Below are positions 1-9,615 of a DNA stretch of 64,000 nt, piece after piece. The position numbers were made by a program, and so were the translations under genes. Origin of the DNA: an uncultured delta proteobacterium. GTDB lineage: Bacteria; Myxococcota_A; Polyangia; Polyangiales; Polyangiaceae. Under the pieces are notes generated by a model, which ran no database searches, had not been told where the DNA came from, and saw only the letters and a program-made list of their open reading frames with translations. The stretch is taken from positions 64,001 through 128,000 of the forward strand of contig CAWJCS010000001.1 in NCBI GenBank assembly GCA_963841435.1, in the 5' to 3' direction. Every line of letters begins with the position of its first letter. The first letter of the stretch is position 1.

Positions 1-238
1 TCAGGCCACGGGCGCGGCCGAAGAGCGCGCCTTCGTCCTCGCCAGGAAAGTCGCTCGCCTGTGCTCGGAGCACGAGACGCACGGCGAGCCCGGGGTCCTG
101 AACGGCCGCGACCCCGCTGTCCATCAGGAGATTGTCCCGCACCCGGTCCGCCAGGGCGATCTGGTTGGGCCCCGTCCGGTAAATCTCGAAGCCCTCCGCG
201 ACCAGGGCTTTCTTCAGGGCGGGGGGGGGGCTTTGCAT
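1..238 (-). CDS. Hypothetical protein, partial (runs off the window start)
   Basis: Hand translation from ATG 238 gives MQSPPPALKKALVAEGFEIYRTGPNQIALADRVRDNLLMDSGVAAV..., open to the window edge with GC-rich third positions. Not in the ORF track. Confidence 0.7.
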   Translation of the reverse strand, partial: MQSPPPALKKALVAEGFEIYRTGPNQIALADRVRDNLLMDSGVAAVQDPGLAVRLVLRAQASDFPGEDEGALFGRARGL

Positions 239-467
239 CTTCGGCGGCGGCCCCTGCGGGCGCAGTCGGTGCGGAGACCCTGAAAGGTATGCGCCGCGAG
301 GCATTAGCGTCAAGGCGAAAAACCCAACGCTCTCCTGTAATTGCGGCAGCGTTACCGGCGCGGGTCTCGATACTTTCGTCCGCGGGTTGCGCGTGGGTAT
401 TGCTTTCCGGTCCTCGCGAGCTCCGAGCGGCGTTCGTCGAGCGTGATAAGGTCTGCTCGGGTTACTC

Positions 468-792
468 GTGGGCACGTCCAAGAATCCGCCCGGCCCGGAG
501 CCGCACAGCCAGCGGCGCCAATACGGGGGCGCTCGGCACGAAGCGTCGGATCGCGTGACCATCCGCGCGGATTCAATGGAGACTTCGGGCTGGACGCTCA
601 ACGTCAGCCGCGGAGGGATAAGGGCGGTGGTCGAGGATCCCTTGGACCCCGCCGTGGAATACGCAGTGTGCGTCGGGGATGGTCCGGCCCGCCGCGCAAA
701 AGTCGCGTGGGCGCGCCTCGAAGCGGACGGTCAGATCGTGGGCTTGCGCTTCCTCAACGTCAACGGATTCCGTCCCGCCGGAAGAGGCCTAG
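468..792 (+). CDS. PilZ-domain protein, as written fused in frame to the downstream helicase
   Basis: Arg-rich segment RRQYGGARHEASDR followed by an NxSxxG motif (LNVSRGG), then VAW and GLRF. Removing one T near 768 gives GSVPPEEA and a stop at TAG 790-792. Confidence 0.7.
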
Positions 793-815
793 CGGCGCAG
801 ACTGCCGGAGGCCCG

Positions 816-2849
816 ATGCAGCCGGCGCTGGAACTGCTCGGTCCGGAAGGACCCTTCGCCCGTGAGCTCGGCGGCTACGAGGAGCGCCCGGGCCAGCTCG
901 AGATGGCTCGCGCCGTCGAGCGCGCGCTCTCGGACGATCGCGTGCTGCTTTGCGAGGCCGGCACGGGAACGGGCAAGACGCTCGCGTACCTCGTGCCCGC
1001 CATCCTGAGCGGTCGCAAAGTGATCGTTTCGACGGCGACGCGAGCGCTCCAGGAGCAGATCTTCACCAAGGACCTGCCGCTCGTCGCGCGCGTGCTCGGC
1101 ATCGACCCACGCGCGGTGCTCATGAAGGGGCTCGGCAACTATCTCTGCCGGCGTCGTTACGGTGAGCTCGTGCACTCGCCCGAGGCAGTGCGCCCCTCGA
1201 AGGGGCGCGCGCTCGAGCTCGTCCGGCGCTGGGTCGAAGAGACGGAGAGCGGCGACCTCGGCGAGCTCGCATCCCTCGCCGAGGACGACCCGGTGCGTCT
1301 CGCCGTCGCCTCCTCGAGCGAGACCCGCCTCGGGCAGGCCTGCCCGCATTTCGACGCCTGTTTCGTCACCCGAATGCGCCGGGAGGCAGAAGACGCGCGG
1401 CTCGTGATCGTCAATCACCACCTGTTCTTCGCCGATCTCGCGCTGCGTGGCGCCCACCCGGGGCGCGTGCTGCCGGACTACGATGCCGTGATCTTCGACG
1501 AAGCGCATCAGCTCGAGGACATCGCGACCGAGTTCTTCGGCCTGCGCGTCACCGGCGCGCAGCTCTCTCGCGCGCTTGGCGATGCCGAGCGCGCGCTCAG
1601 GCTCGCGGATGCCGCAGACCCCCTGTTCTCGGACGGCGCGGGTCTTTTGTCCGCCGCGCGTGACGCCGTCAACGCACTGTTCGGCGAGCTCGGCCGTCGC
1701 CTCGCGCGCGGCGAAGCGCGCGCGACACTGGAGCGCGACGCGTGGGCGGGTCCGCTCGAGCAGCGCTGGCTCGAGGTCAACCGTGCGCTCGAGGCGGTCG
1801 AGGTCGTGGCGCGCGAAGCGCTCGGTCGCGTCGAGGCTCGCCGGCAGCCCAACACCGGGTTGCTCGTCGATGCACTGTCGGCGACCGAGCGCCGCATGAC
1901 GCTCGCCCGCGAACGCCTGGCTGCCATCGTCAACGCAGGCTCCGGGCGCGTGACCTGGGTCGAACAGGGGCCGCGAGGCACGGCGCTGAGCTCCTCACCC
2001 GTCGATTTGTCGTGGGTGCTGCGCGAGCGCATCTTCGAGAGCGTGCCGGCCGTCGTGCTCACGAGCGCGACGCTCGCGACACGGCGACGGCGGGAGGACC
2101 GAGCGGCGAGCCCGTTTGCGTACGTTCGCGCGCGCCTCGGTCTCGCCGACGAGCGCGTTCAGGTCGACGAGCTGGTCGTCGAATCGCCGTTCGATTTCGC
2201 GAGCCAGGCGCTCTTTTACACGCCGCGCGATCTGCCCGCGCCCGGCAGCGCCGAGTTCCTCGAGCCTGCCGTCGAGCGCGTGCGCGCGCTGCTCGCGCTC
2301 ACGGGCGGCGGATGCTTCGTGCTCACGACCTCGCTGCGCTCGATGCGCGCTTTCCACGAGCGGCTTCGCTCGCACGTCCCTGCGAGCCGATTGTTGCTCC
2401 AGGGTCAGGCACCGAAGGCCACCCTGCTCGGCCGCTTCCGCGCCGATAGCGACGCCGTGCTCGTCGCGACGGCGAGCTTCTGGGAAGGCGTCGACGTGCC
2501 GGGGCACGCGCTCCGGCTCGTCGTGCTCGAGAAGATCCCGTTCGCCGTGCCATCGGATCCGATCGTCCGGGCGCGTGCCCAGGCGCTCGAGAGCGAAGGG
2601 AAGAATCCGTTCGTCGAGCTCCACCTGCCCGCGGCCGCGATTGCCCTGAAGCAGGGTTTCGGCCGTTTGGTGAGGACACGGCGCGACGTGGGCATCGTCG
2701 CCTTGCTCGACGAGCGCGTCCACCGCCGGGGCTACGGTCGCATGCTCCTCGATGGCCTGCCACCAGCGCTCCGCACCGACGAGTTCGAAGCCGTGGAACG
2801 CTTCTGGTCGTCGCGGGGCGCGGAGCCGGCGTCCCCCGTGCCGTTCTGA
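816..2849 (+). CDS. dinG: ATP-dependent DNA helicase, DinG/YoaA family (Fe-S type)
   Basis: Q-motif ERPGQ, Walker A EAGTGTGKT, NYLC and Cys residues consistent with an Fe-S cluster, DEAH, SATL, FWEGVD, KQGFGRLVR. Confidence 0.93.
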   Translation: MQPALELLGPEGPFARELGGYEERPGQLEMARAVERALSDDRVLLCEAGTGTGKTLAYLVPAILSGRKVIVSTATRALQEQIFTKDLPLVARVLGIDPRAVLMKGLGNYLCRRRYGELVHSPEAVRPSKGRALELVRRWVEETESGDLGELASLAEDDPVRLAVASSSETRLGQACPHFDACFVTRMRREAEDARLVIVNHHLFFADLALRGAHPGRVLPDYDAVIFDEAHQLEDIATEFFGLRVTGAQLSRALGDAERALRLADAADPLFSDGAGLLSAARDAVNALFGELGRRLARGEARATLERDAWAGPLEQRWLEVNRALEAVEVVAREALGRVEARRQPNTGLLVDALSATERRMTLARERLAAIVNAGSGRVTWVEQGPRGTALSSSPVDLSWVLRERIFESVPAVVLTSATLATRRRREDRAASPFAYVRARLGLADERVQVDELVVESPFDFASQALFYTPRDLPAPGSAEFLEPAVERVRALLALTGGGCFVLTTSLRSMRAFHERLRSHVPASRLLLQGQAPKATLLGRFRADSDAVLVATASFWEGVDVPGHALRLVVLEKIPFAVPSDPIVRARAQALESEGKNPFVELHLPAAAIALKQGFGRLVRTRRDVGIVALLDERVHRRGYGRMLLDGLPPALRTDEFEAVERFWSSRGAEPASPVPF

Positions 2850-2855
2850 GCGGCG

Positions 2856-3812
2856 TTACTTCTTCGCGCGCTTCGCCGGCTTGCTCGGCTTTTTGGCCTT
2901 GGCCGTCTTCTTGGCGCCCTTCGCCTTTGGCGCGGGCCGGGTCGCCTTCGCTGGCTTCGCCACCTTCCTGGCGGCCTTCGTCTTCGATGCAGGCTTGCTC
3001 GCTTTCACCGGCTTGGTCGCCTTCACTGGTTTCTTCGCGGCCTTGGCCGTCTTCTTGGCGGCCTTCGCCTTCGGTGCGGGCTTCGCCTTCGCGAGCTTCG
3101 CCTTCGGCGCTCTCTTGGCACTCTTCTTCGCAGTCTTCTTCGCAGTCTTCTTCGCGCTCTTCTTCGGGGGCGCAGGCTTCGCCGGCTTTGCTGCGGGAGC
3201 GGTCTTGGCGGCCTTCTTCGCCGGCTTCGGAGCCGCTTTCGCGGCCGTTTCTGGCTGATTTTTCGCGTTTTTCGCCGCGGCTTTCTTGGGAGCGCCGGCC
3301 GGCTTCCTCTGCTCCGCCGGTGACGGCCGCGTGAGCTTGCGCGTCGTGATCGGTTCCGGAGCGTCGGATGGCGCGAAGCTCACCTGCATGTCTTCCTGCC
3401 CGGAGTCGGGGCGACCGAGTGCACCGGCCCGGCGACGCTCGAGCGTTTCCGAGAGCTTCCGGTCGAGCGCCGAGAATTCGAAGGGCTTGTCGACGTGAGC
3501 GTCCGCTCCGTAGAGCGGTGATGTCATCTCGTTCAGCGTCTCGCCGATCCCCGTGAGCATCACGACGCCAGTGTGCGCGAGCGACACCGCCTCGCGGATC
3601 TTCCGACACACCTCCCAGCCGCTCATGCCCGGCATCATCACGTCGAGCAACACGAGATCCGGCAAGTGCTCGTGGGCGAGCTCCCAGGCCTCGTCGCCGT
3701 CGCTTGCCTCGAGAACGTTGTAACCCTTGGAGCGCAGGTGGCGGCCGAGCAGAGCCAAGGTGCTCGGCTCGTCGTCGGCGATCAGGACCACGGTTTTTTC
3801 GTCGTTGGACAT
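2856..3812 (-). CDS. Response regulator receiver domain with a C-terminal histone H1/AlgP-like Lys-Ala-Pro tail
   Basis: REC motifs IADDE, LLDVMMP, MLTG and DKPF. The last ~150 aa are KPAKKAAK-type low-complexity repeats. Confidence 0.9.
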   Translation of the reverse strand: MSNDEKTVVLIADDEPSTLALLGRHLRSKGYNVLEASDGDEAWELAHEHLPDLVLLDVMMPGMSGWEVCRKIREAVSLAHTGVVMLTGIGETLNEMTSPLYGADAHVDKPFEFSALDRKLSETLERRRAGALGRPDSGQEDMQVSFAPSDAPEPITTRKLTRPSPAEQRKPAGAPKKAAAKNAKNQPETAAKAAPKPAKKAAKTAPAAKPAKPAPPKKSAKKTAKKTAKKSAKRAPKAKLAKAKPAPKAKAAKKTAKAAKKPVKATKPVKASKPASKTKAARKVAKPAKATRPAPKAKGAKKTAKAKKPSKPAKRAKK

Positions 3813-3875
3813 CGGGAGCGTCTTTCGCTAAGGGGCCGGGGTATCGGAAACCACGCCCGTACGAGGGTCAAGCAA

Positions 3876-5075
3876 ACGAGCGAACCGACCGCGGGCCGGC
3901 CCGCCTCGCTTGCCCCGGTTCTCGGCGTGACCTTCCTCGGGTCGGTGAGTGGCGGGGTGTTCTGGAGTGGCATCTTTTTCGTCACCCAGCGCCACTACGC
4001 CTTCTCCGAGGCCAAAAACCTCGCGCTCGCGCTCGGCCTGGGCGCGTTCTACGCGGTTGCCGCCCTCGGTGCCGGGCGGATTTACGCGCTCGCCGGCATC
4101 CCGACGCGCCGCTTGCTCGCGGGATCACTGCTCGGCTGGGGGGCAGCGGCGCTCTTTCCGGTGGTCGGCCCACGTGGCGAGTGGGGGCTGTGGCTCGGCG
4201 CGCTCGTTGGCTCGGCCGTTTCGGGCCTCGTCTGGCCGGCCGTCGAGAGCTACCTCGGGGGGCGGCGGCACGGTGCCGAGCTACGGCGGAGCATCGGCTC
4301 CTTCAACGTGACTTGGACGGCTGGCACGGCGCTGCCGCTTCTCGTGATGCCGTTGCTCACGCGCTTGCACGCGCTCGCTCCGCTCGCCGCCTGCCTGCTC
4401 GTGAACTCGCTCGCGTGCGTTTTTCTCTTCGGTCTACCGCGCGAGCCCGCGCGCGCCGAGCCGGAGGTCGCCCGCGCGGCCGTGGGGCGCGAGTATCCTT
4501 TTCTCCTCCGCTCGGCGGGGATCCTCCTGCCGCTCAGCTACCTCATGTCGGCAACGCTGTCGCCCGTTCTGCCGCACCGTCTGGCGGCGCTCGGTCCCGG
4601 GCCGGTGCCGGCGAGCGTCGCCGCGGCGACCTGGATGGTGACGCGCTTCTTCACGCTCGGCGCGATGGCGCGGCTGTCGTTCTGGCACGGACGCTGGAGC
4701 GCGCTATTCGCTGCCGCCGTGATGCTCGCCGTCGGCCTCGGCTTCGTGCTGCTTGCGAGCTCGTTCGGCGTCATGGTGCTCGGCTTGGCGCTGTTCGGTA
4801 TCGGCATGGCGTTGACGTACTGCACGACGATCTATTATTCGCTGTCGGTGGGGCATGGCGCCGTCGACGCGGGCGGCGGCTTCGAGGCGCTCGTCGGCCT
4901 GGGCTACGTGCTCGGGCCCCTCGTGGGGCTCGCGGGGCACGCCCTTTTCCCGGCCCGTTTCGCCAATGCCGCCACGGTGGTGCTCACGTGGAGCTTCGCG
5001 CTCGCGGGCGGCGCGCTCGCGCTCAGGCCCTACCTCGCCGCACGCCGCGCGCGGCTTTTCGATCAGCGCACGTGA
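3876..5075 (+). CDS. MFS-type membrane transporter (start uncertain)
   Basis: About 12 hydrophobic segments. No ATG at the expected start; ACG at 3876 lies 8 nt after GAGGG. Confidence 0.75.
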   Translation, partial: TSEPTAGRPASLAPVLGVTFLGSVSGGVFWSGIFFVTQRHYAFSEAKNLALALGLGAFYAVAALGAGRIYALAGIPTRRLLAGSLLGWGAAALFPVVGPRGEWGLWLGALVGSAVSGLVWPAVESYLGGRRHGAELRRSIGSFNVTWTAGTALPLLVMPLLTRLHALAPLAACLLVNSLACVFLFGLPREPARAEPEVARAAVGREYPFLLRSAGILLPLSYLMSATLSPVLPHRLAALGPGPVPASVAAATWMVTRFFTLGAMARLSFWHGRWSALFAAAVMLAVGLGFVLLASSFGVMVLGLALFGIGMALTYCTTIYYSLSVGHGAVDAGGGFEALVGLGYVLGPLVGLAGHALFPARFANAATVVLTWSFALAGGALALRPYLAARRARLFDQRT

Positions 5076-7324
5076 ATGTCGGGCACGGGGGGTGCCACCA
5101 TGCCGTTGCCGATGTGAAACCCGGGGTGCGGCGGCTGGTTGTACGCCGTGTTCTGCCACGAGATGGCGACGCGGTACTGCGGATCGTGCATGAGCGTGTA
5201 GATGCGGCGCGCGGTCACGTCGGTCGTCGTGTAGAGCCGCAGGCCGGTGTTGTTCGACTCGCGCCAGATGATCTCTTCGCGCCAGTCGCCCAAGAGATCC
5301 GCCGTGAGCGTGGGCGTGGACTTGGTGCCGTTGTTCGATGCGCACTGACTGCAGGAAAGCAGGCTGCCGCTCTGCCCGTATTTGGTGATGGACGTCCCGT
5401 CCTCGAGCTCGCGCGTCTCGTCGGCGTCCCACCAGATGAGAAAGTTTTGCGAGCTCGGCTTCGTCCCGGTCGTCGCATTGCTCGTCGCGGAATGCAGGTC
5501 GTTGACGCTCGACGCCCACATCTCGGCGCCCGGGCTGGTCGGGTCGATGTCGTCGGCGACGGCGCGGCCCGTATCGGCGCCGTTCACGCCGCTTTCCTGG
5601 ATGATGGCGCACGTTTTGGCGTCGCGAACGTGATACGCGGGGTGCGCGCCGTCCTCGTTGGGCATGAACACCTCGAGCCCTGGGCGCGAGGGAATGAGGT
5701 CGCCGACGTGCAGTGAGTCGCCGTGGTTGTAGCCCGTCGAGCAAAGTCCGCGCCCGTCGTTGTCGATGGCCATCGCGCCGTAGAGGATTTCCTGGCCGGG
5801 GTCGTCGTCGACGTTGGCGACCGAGAGGCTGTGCGCGCCCTGGCCCGAGTAGGCGTGGTTGTTGGCGTCGCGCGGGGTCGCGTTGCTGTCGAACTTCCAG
5901 AGCTGGGTGATCTTACCGCCGCGGAAGTTCCACGCGGTGAGCGTCGTGCGCGTGTAGTAGCCGCGCGCCATCACGAAGCTCGGCGTACCGGTGTCGTCGA
6001 GGTACGCGGCCGTTGCGAGGAAACGGTCAACGCGATTGCCGTAGTCGTCGCCCCACGACGAGACGGTGCCGCGCGCCTGATCGAAGGCGACCGTGTCGCG
6101 CTCCGCGCCCGTCTGCCCGTCGAAGACGGTGAGGTACTCCGGGCCGCTCAGCACGTAGCCGTCGCCGTTGCGGTAGACCGCCGAGTCGTCGTCGTTCGAT
6201 GCCGGACCGAGCGAGAGGAGCTTGCCGGTGCCGTCCTTCGTGCCTGGCGCCGTCTTCACCGCCATCTCGGCCTTGCCGTCGCCGTCGTAGTCGAACACCA
6301 TGAACTGTGTGTAGTGCGCGCCCGCGCGGATGTTCGGGCCGAGATCGATGCGCCAGAGCCGCGTGCCGTCGAGCTTGAGCACGTCGATGAAAACGTCGTC
6401 GGTGACGCCGGACTGCGAGTTGTCCTTTGCGTTGCTCGGGTCCCACTTGAGGAAGATCTCGTAGACGCCGTCGCCGTCCACGTCGCCGACGCTGCCGTCG
6501 TTGGCGCTGTAGCCCGACCCGGGCGCCTGGATGGGAATGCGCAGGTAGTTTTGCGCCCAAGGTGTCGCGGCCGGCGACGCGGCGCCTTCCACGCCGCCGA
6601 TCACGGCCGACACCGTGTACGACGACTGCGCCGTGCCCGCCGTGTCGCGGTAGTTCGTGCTGTCCGTCACGTTCGCGACCAGCGCCCCGTCACGGTAAAG
6701 GTTGTACGAAATGTTCGCGGGGTTGGTCGCGTCGTACTCGTAGCCGAACATGCGCCACCCGACGTAGATGCCACCCTGGACGACGACGGCGACGACGCCG
6801 CGATCCAGATCCTCCATCTGGTAAAAGCCGTCGGGCGCGCCCGCCGCGCCGCCGCCGCCCCCGCCGGCGGCACCCGTGCCACCGAGCCCCGCGCCGTCAC
6901 CCGCCGCCCCCGCAACACCTGCCGTGCCGCCGAGGGGTCCCGCGCCGGCTCCTCCAGCGCCAGCGCCGCCTTGCCCACCGGCTCCCGAGTTGGCCGCCTG
7001 GCCGGCCACGCCGCCCGTCAGCGCTGCGCCCGCCGCTCCGCCGCTCGCCCCGCCGGTTCCGAGCCCAGCTGCCCCCCCGGTCCCGCCCTGACCGCCGCCG
7101 GTAGCGCCGCCCGCCGAAAGGGTGCCGGATGCCCCGCTCGAGCCGCCCGAGGCCGGCGTCCCGCCCGAACCGGCGTCGGTTCCCGACGAGGACTCGAGGG
7201 CGCACGCGGGAACGAGCGCGGCGGCGAGCGTGACGAGCGTGGCGGCGGCGGGCAGGCGTGAGGGGGACGGCGGGCGCATGTCGGGACTCATTTTCAGACG
7301 CAGAGTGGGGGCCGATTCGGTCAC
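5063..7324 (-). CDS. Rhamnogalacturonan lyase, PL11 (YesW/YesX-like) lipoprotein with Gly-rich linker
   Basis: MEDLDRGVVAV, GPNIRAGAHYTQFMV, WGDDYGNRVDRF, ARGYYTR, TLMHDPQYR, WQNTAYNQPPH. Lipobox-like VPAC. Alternative start ATG 7291. Confidence 0.95.
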   Translation of the reverse strand: MTESAPTLRLKMSPDMRPPSPSRLPAAATLVTLAAALVPACALESSSGTDAGSGGTPASGGSSGASGTLSAGGATGGGQGGTGGAAGLGTGGASGGAAGAALTGGVAGQAANSGAGGQGGAGAGGAGAGPLGGTAGVAGAAGDGAGLGGTGAAGGGGGGAAGAPDGFYQMEDLDRGVVAVVVQGGIYVGWRMFGYEYDATNPANISYNLYRDGALVANVTDSTNYRDTAGTAQSSYTVSAVIGGVEGAASPAATPWAQNYLRIPIQAPGSGYSANDGSVGDVDGDGVYEIFLKWDPSNAKDNSQSGVTDDVFIDVLKLDGTRLWRIDLGPNIRAGAHYTQFMVFDYDGDGKAEMAVKTAPGTKDGTGKLLSLGPASNDDDSAVYRNGDGYVLSGPEYLTVFDGQTGAERDTVAFDQARGTVSSWGDDYGNRVDRFLATAAYLDDTGTPSFVMARGYYTRTTLTAWNFRGGKITQLWKFDSNATPRDANNHAYSGQGAHSLSVANVDDDPGQEILYGAMAIDNDGRGLCSTGYNHGDSLHVGDLIPSRPGLEVFMPNEDGAHPAYHVRDAKTCAIIQESGVNGADTGRAVADDIDPTSPGAEMWASSVNDLHSATSNATTGTKPSSQNFLIWWDADETRELEDGTSITKYGQSGSLLSCSQCASNNGTKSTPTLTADLLGDWREEIIWRESNNTGLRLYTTTDVTARRIYTLMHDPQYRVAISWQNTAYNQPPHPGFHIGNGMVAPPVPDIHVR

Positions 7325-7389
7325 CGACCTGAACGCCTCGCCTCTTTCTTTCCCGGCCCGCGGGGCCCCTGCTAACGGACCCGAGGGTG

Positions 7390-7867
7390 ATGCGCTCGTC
7401 GGTACCGATCGGTCTGGCTCTGGCCATATCTTGGGCGGGCTGCGTCAGCCCGCCACCGCCGTCCGAGCGCGCCAGCGACGCCGCGCGTCAGCTGAACGTG
7501 TCTTCTCGCTTCGGCGACGTGGCAGGCGTCATCGACCTCACGGCCCCCGGCATGCGCCAGACGTTCCAGAAGCGCCGCGAGGCCTGGGGCAAGATGGTGC
7601 GCGTCGTCGACGTTCGAGCTCGCGTCGCTGACGCTACCCGACGCGGACCACGCGACGGTCGTGGTCGACTTTTCCTGGACGCGGATCGATCAGGGCACGC
7701 TGCGCACGACGCGCGTTGCCCAGCAGTGGGAATCAGTCGACGGACCGTGGTTGCTAGTGCGCGAAAAGCGCGTCAGCGGCGACATCGGTCTGTTCGGAGA
7801 GGCGCTCGCCGAGCTCGACGAGGCCCCGCGCCCCAACGTTCAGTTCGCGACCAAGGTCATTCCCTGA
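7390..7867 (+). CDS. Hypothetical lipoprotein with a frameshift near 7613
   Basis: Signal peptide ending WAGC. The frame continues (VVDV-ELASLTLPDADHATVVVDFSW...ATKVIP) if one extra T at ~7613 is removed. Confidence 0.7.
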
Positions 7868-7883
7868 CCCGGTCCCGCGCCGA

Positions 7884-8036
7884 CTAGGAGCTCTGAGCCT
7901 TCTTGCGCGGCGCCTTCTTGGCCGTCTGGCGCTTGCCGCGGGTGTCCGTGGCGCGCCGCTTGGCCCGCGCCTTCTTCTTTCCCTGGCGCTTGCGCCGAGA
8001 CATCTTCTGCGAGTTGCGAGAGTCGAACTTTCCCAT
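7884..8036 (-). CDS. 50-aa highly basic small protein
   Basis: MGKFDSRNSQKMSRRKRQGKKKARAKRRATDTRGKRQTAKKAPRKKAQSS*. Codon use (AAG, CGC, GCC) matches real genes here. Below the ORF-track cutoff. Confidence 0.75.
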   Translation of the reverse strand: MGKFDSRNSQKMSRRKRQGKKKARAKRRATDTRGKRQTAKKAPRKKAQSS

Positions 8037-8096
8037 GGGCTTCGGGCGCGGACCGTATCACCGTCCCGGCGCGCGGCGAAAGGGGGCGTTCAGCTT

Positions 8097-8354
8097 TCAG
8101 CCGCTCGAAACGTCTTCGAGGGCGCGCTCGCGATCGCGCACCTCGAGTCGGTAACGGCTGTTGACGGTCTCGATGTAGAAGATGTCCCGCGTGGCCAGGC
8201 GCAGGACGCGCTTGACGGGCGTGGTCACGTACTCGTGCATCCCATCGGAGAATTCGATCACGACCACCGAGCCGCGGCGCGGAGCCCGCACCAGGCGACC
8301 GGCTACCGCGCGCGATCCGCGACCGAGCTTTCTCAGCACGACCTGCACGTTCAC
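8097..8354 (-). CDS. Small hypothetical protein (85 aa, beta-rich)
   Basis: GTG start with AAGGA upstream, GC3-biased codons, globular-looking sequence (YVTTPVKRVL, FYIETVNSRYRLEV). Confidence 0.75.
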   Translation of the reverse strand: MNVQVVLRKLGRGSRAVAGRLVRAPRRGSVVVIEFSDGMHEYVTTPVKRVLRLATRDIFYIETVNSRYRLEVRDRERALEDVSSG

Positions 8355-8529
8355 GAGTCTAGCAAGGTCCTTTCTTTAGTCCACCACGCATCGCGCTCGG
8401 TCCGTCGAACGGAGCCGAGCCAGAAGACGATACGGCCTTTTGTCCCCAATCCTCTAGCCCTGGCCGCATCTTTCCTCCGCCCTCCGCCTACACCGACGGC
8501 GGAAGTGTGCGGTCCCGGCTCGGCCGTGC

Positions 8530-9615
8530 TCAATAGGTCACCATGGCGGCGACGCGGAAGAAACCTCCGCGCAGGGCTACCTCCCCTAAATCGAGTGGCT
8601 CGAGACGCGCGGGCCCGGTCTCCGCGCTCTCTGGCTCGAACGACAGGGAGGACGCTCCGGACCAGCCGTAGCCCCCGTCCGCCACCACGAAACCCCGCGG
8701 CAGATTGGAGATGCCACGGGGCTCGCCCGCGAATTCGAACGCCGCGCCCGCGCTCAGATCGGTGGAGAAAGCCCAGCTCGAGTCCATACGGTCAACGCCA
8801 GCGCCACCATCCCGCAGGGTGGCGTCCCAGTGGAGTGCGCCGGGGGCGATGCGCGCGAACGCGAACAGTCGGCGCAGAAAGTGGTAGCGCCCCTCGAGAC
8901 CGATCGACAGGCGGTGCACCGAGATCGACGTGTCGGCGCCGCGCGCAGTGGCGTTCGACTCGCCCCAGTCCCACAGCGCGAGCGCCGCGAACGACAGATC
9001 CTCGAGCGCGTAGACAGTGCGGCCCACGCCGAGTGACGATTGCGTGAGGGCGTTGTCGTCGCTGAACGGGTCGTAGCCCGAGCCCGGGATGAAACCGAAG
9101 CGGACGCCAAGGACCCCGATGAGGTGCTCTTGGTGAGAGCCCATCAGGCCGTCGTCGGGCGTGGCCTCGGCAGCGGGCGTCTCGGGGGTGCGCTTCTGCG
9201 ACTGGATGAACTGTAGCGCCGGCGACGGCTCCCCGGGCCCTGCGGCGGCTTCGCCACCGGCTCCCGCACCCTCGGGCGCCAGAGCGGCCGAGCTCTCGTC
9301 GCCTGCCGCGGGGGAAGAGGCTTGTGGTGATTCGTCGTCAGGACCCATGTCTGGGGGCGGCGTGGAAGCGGCGGGCGCCGTGGGGCCGGGTGCGGCGGGT
9401 TTCGGAGACGCCGCGGGGGGAGGGGCCGCCGCCGGCTCGGCGGGGGGCGTCGCCGTCGGCGCGGCGGCGGAGGGCGCTCCGGGAGCCGCCGGCGCGGCCG
9501 TGCTCGGCGCGGCGGCGGCGCGCGCGGGCGTCGCGAGCGAGAGCGCCGCAACCGAGAGCATCGAAACGGAGAAGGCGCCGCTAAGCGTCGCCCCGGAACG
9601 GCTCGAGCGACTCAT
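8530..9615 (-). CDS. Outer-membrane beta-barrel protein with Pro/Ala-rich N-terminal linker
   Basis: Signal peptide, P/A-rich spacer, alternating amphipathic strands (IGLEGRYHF, LFAFARI), C-terminal aromatic residue (RVAAMVTY). Confidence 0.7.
   Translation of the reverse strand: MSRSSRSGATLSGAFSVSMLSVAALSLATPARAAAAPSTAAPAAPGAPSAAAPTATPPAEPAAAPPPAASPKPAAPGPTAPAASTPPPDMGPDDESPQASSPAAGDESSAALAPEGAGAGGEAAAGPGEPSPALQFIQSQKRTPETPAAEATPDDGLMGSHQEHLIGVLGVRFGFIPGSGYDPFSDDNALTQSSLGVGRTVYALEDLSFAALALWDWGESNATARGADTSISVHRLSIGLEGRYHFLRRLFAFARIAPGALHWDATLRDGGAGVDRMDSSWAFSTDLSAGAAFEFAGEPRGISNLPRGFVVADGGYGWSGASSLSFEPESAETGPARLEPLDLGEVALRGGFFRVAAMVTY

Noticed and set aside
221-230. G10 tract as a phase-variation switch
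   Set aside because: The frame is intact and the surrounding sequence shows indel noise; it cannot be distinguished from a low-quality homopolymer without reads.
2752-3258. Hydrophobic Phe/Ala/Leu ORF resembling a membrane protein
   Set aside because: It is the antisense mirror of the Lys/Ala-rich tail (AAG/GCC codons read as CTT/TTC/GGC).
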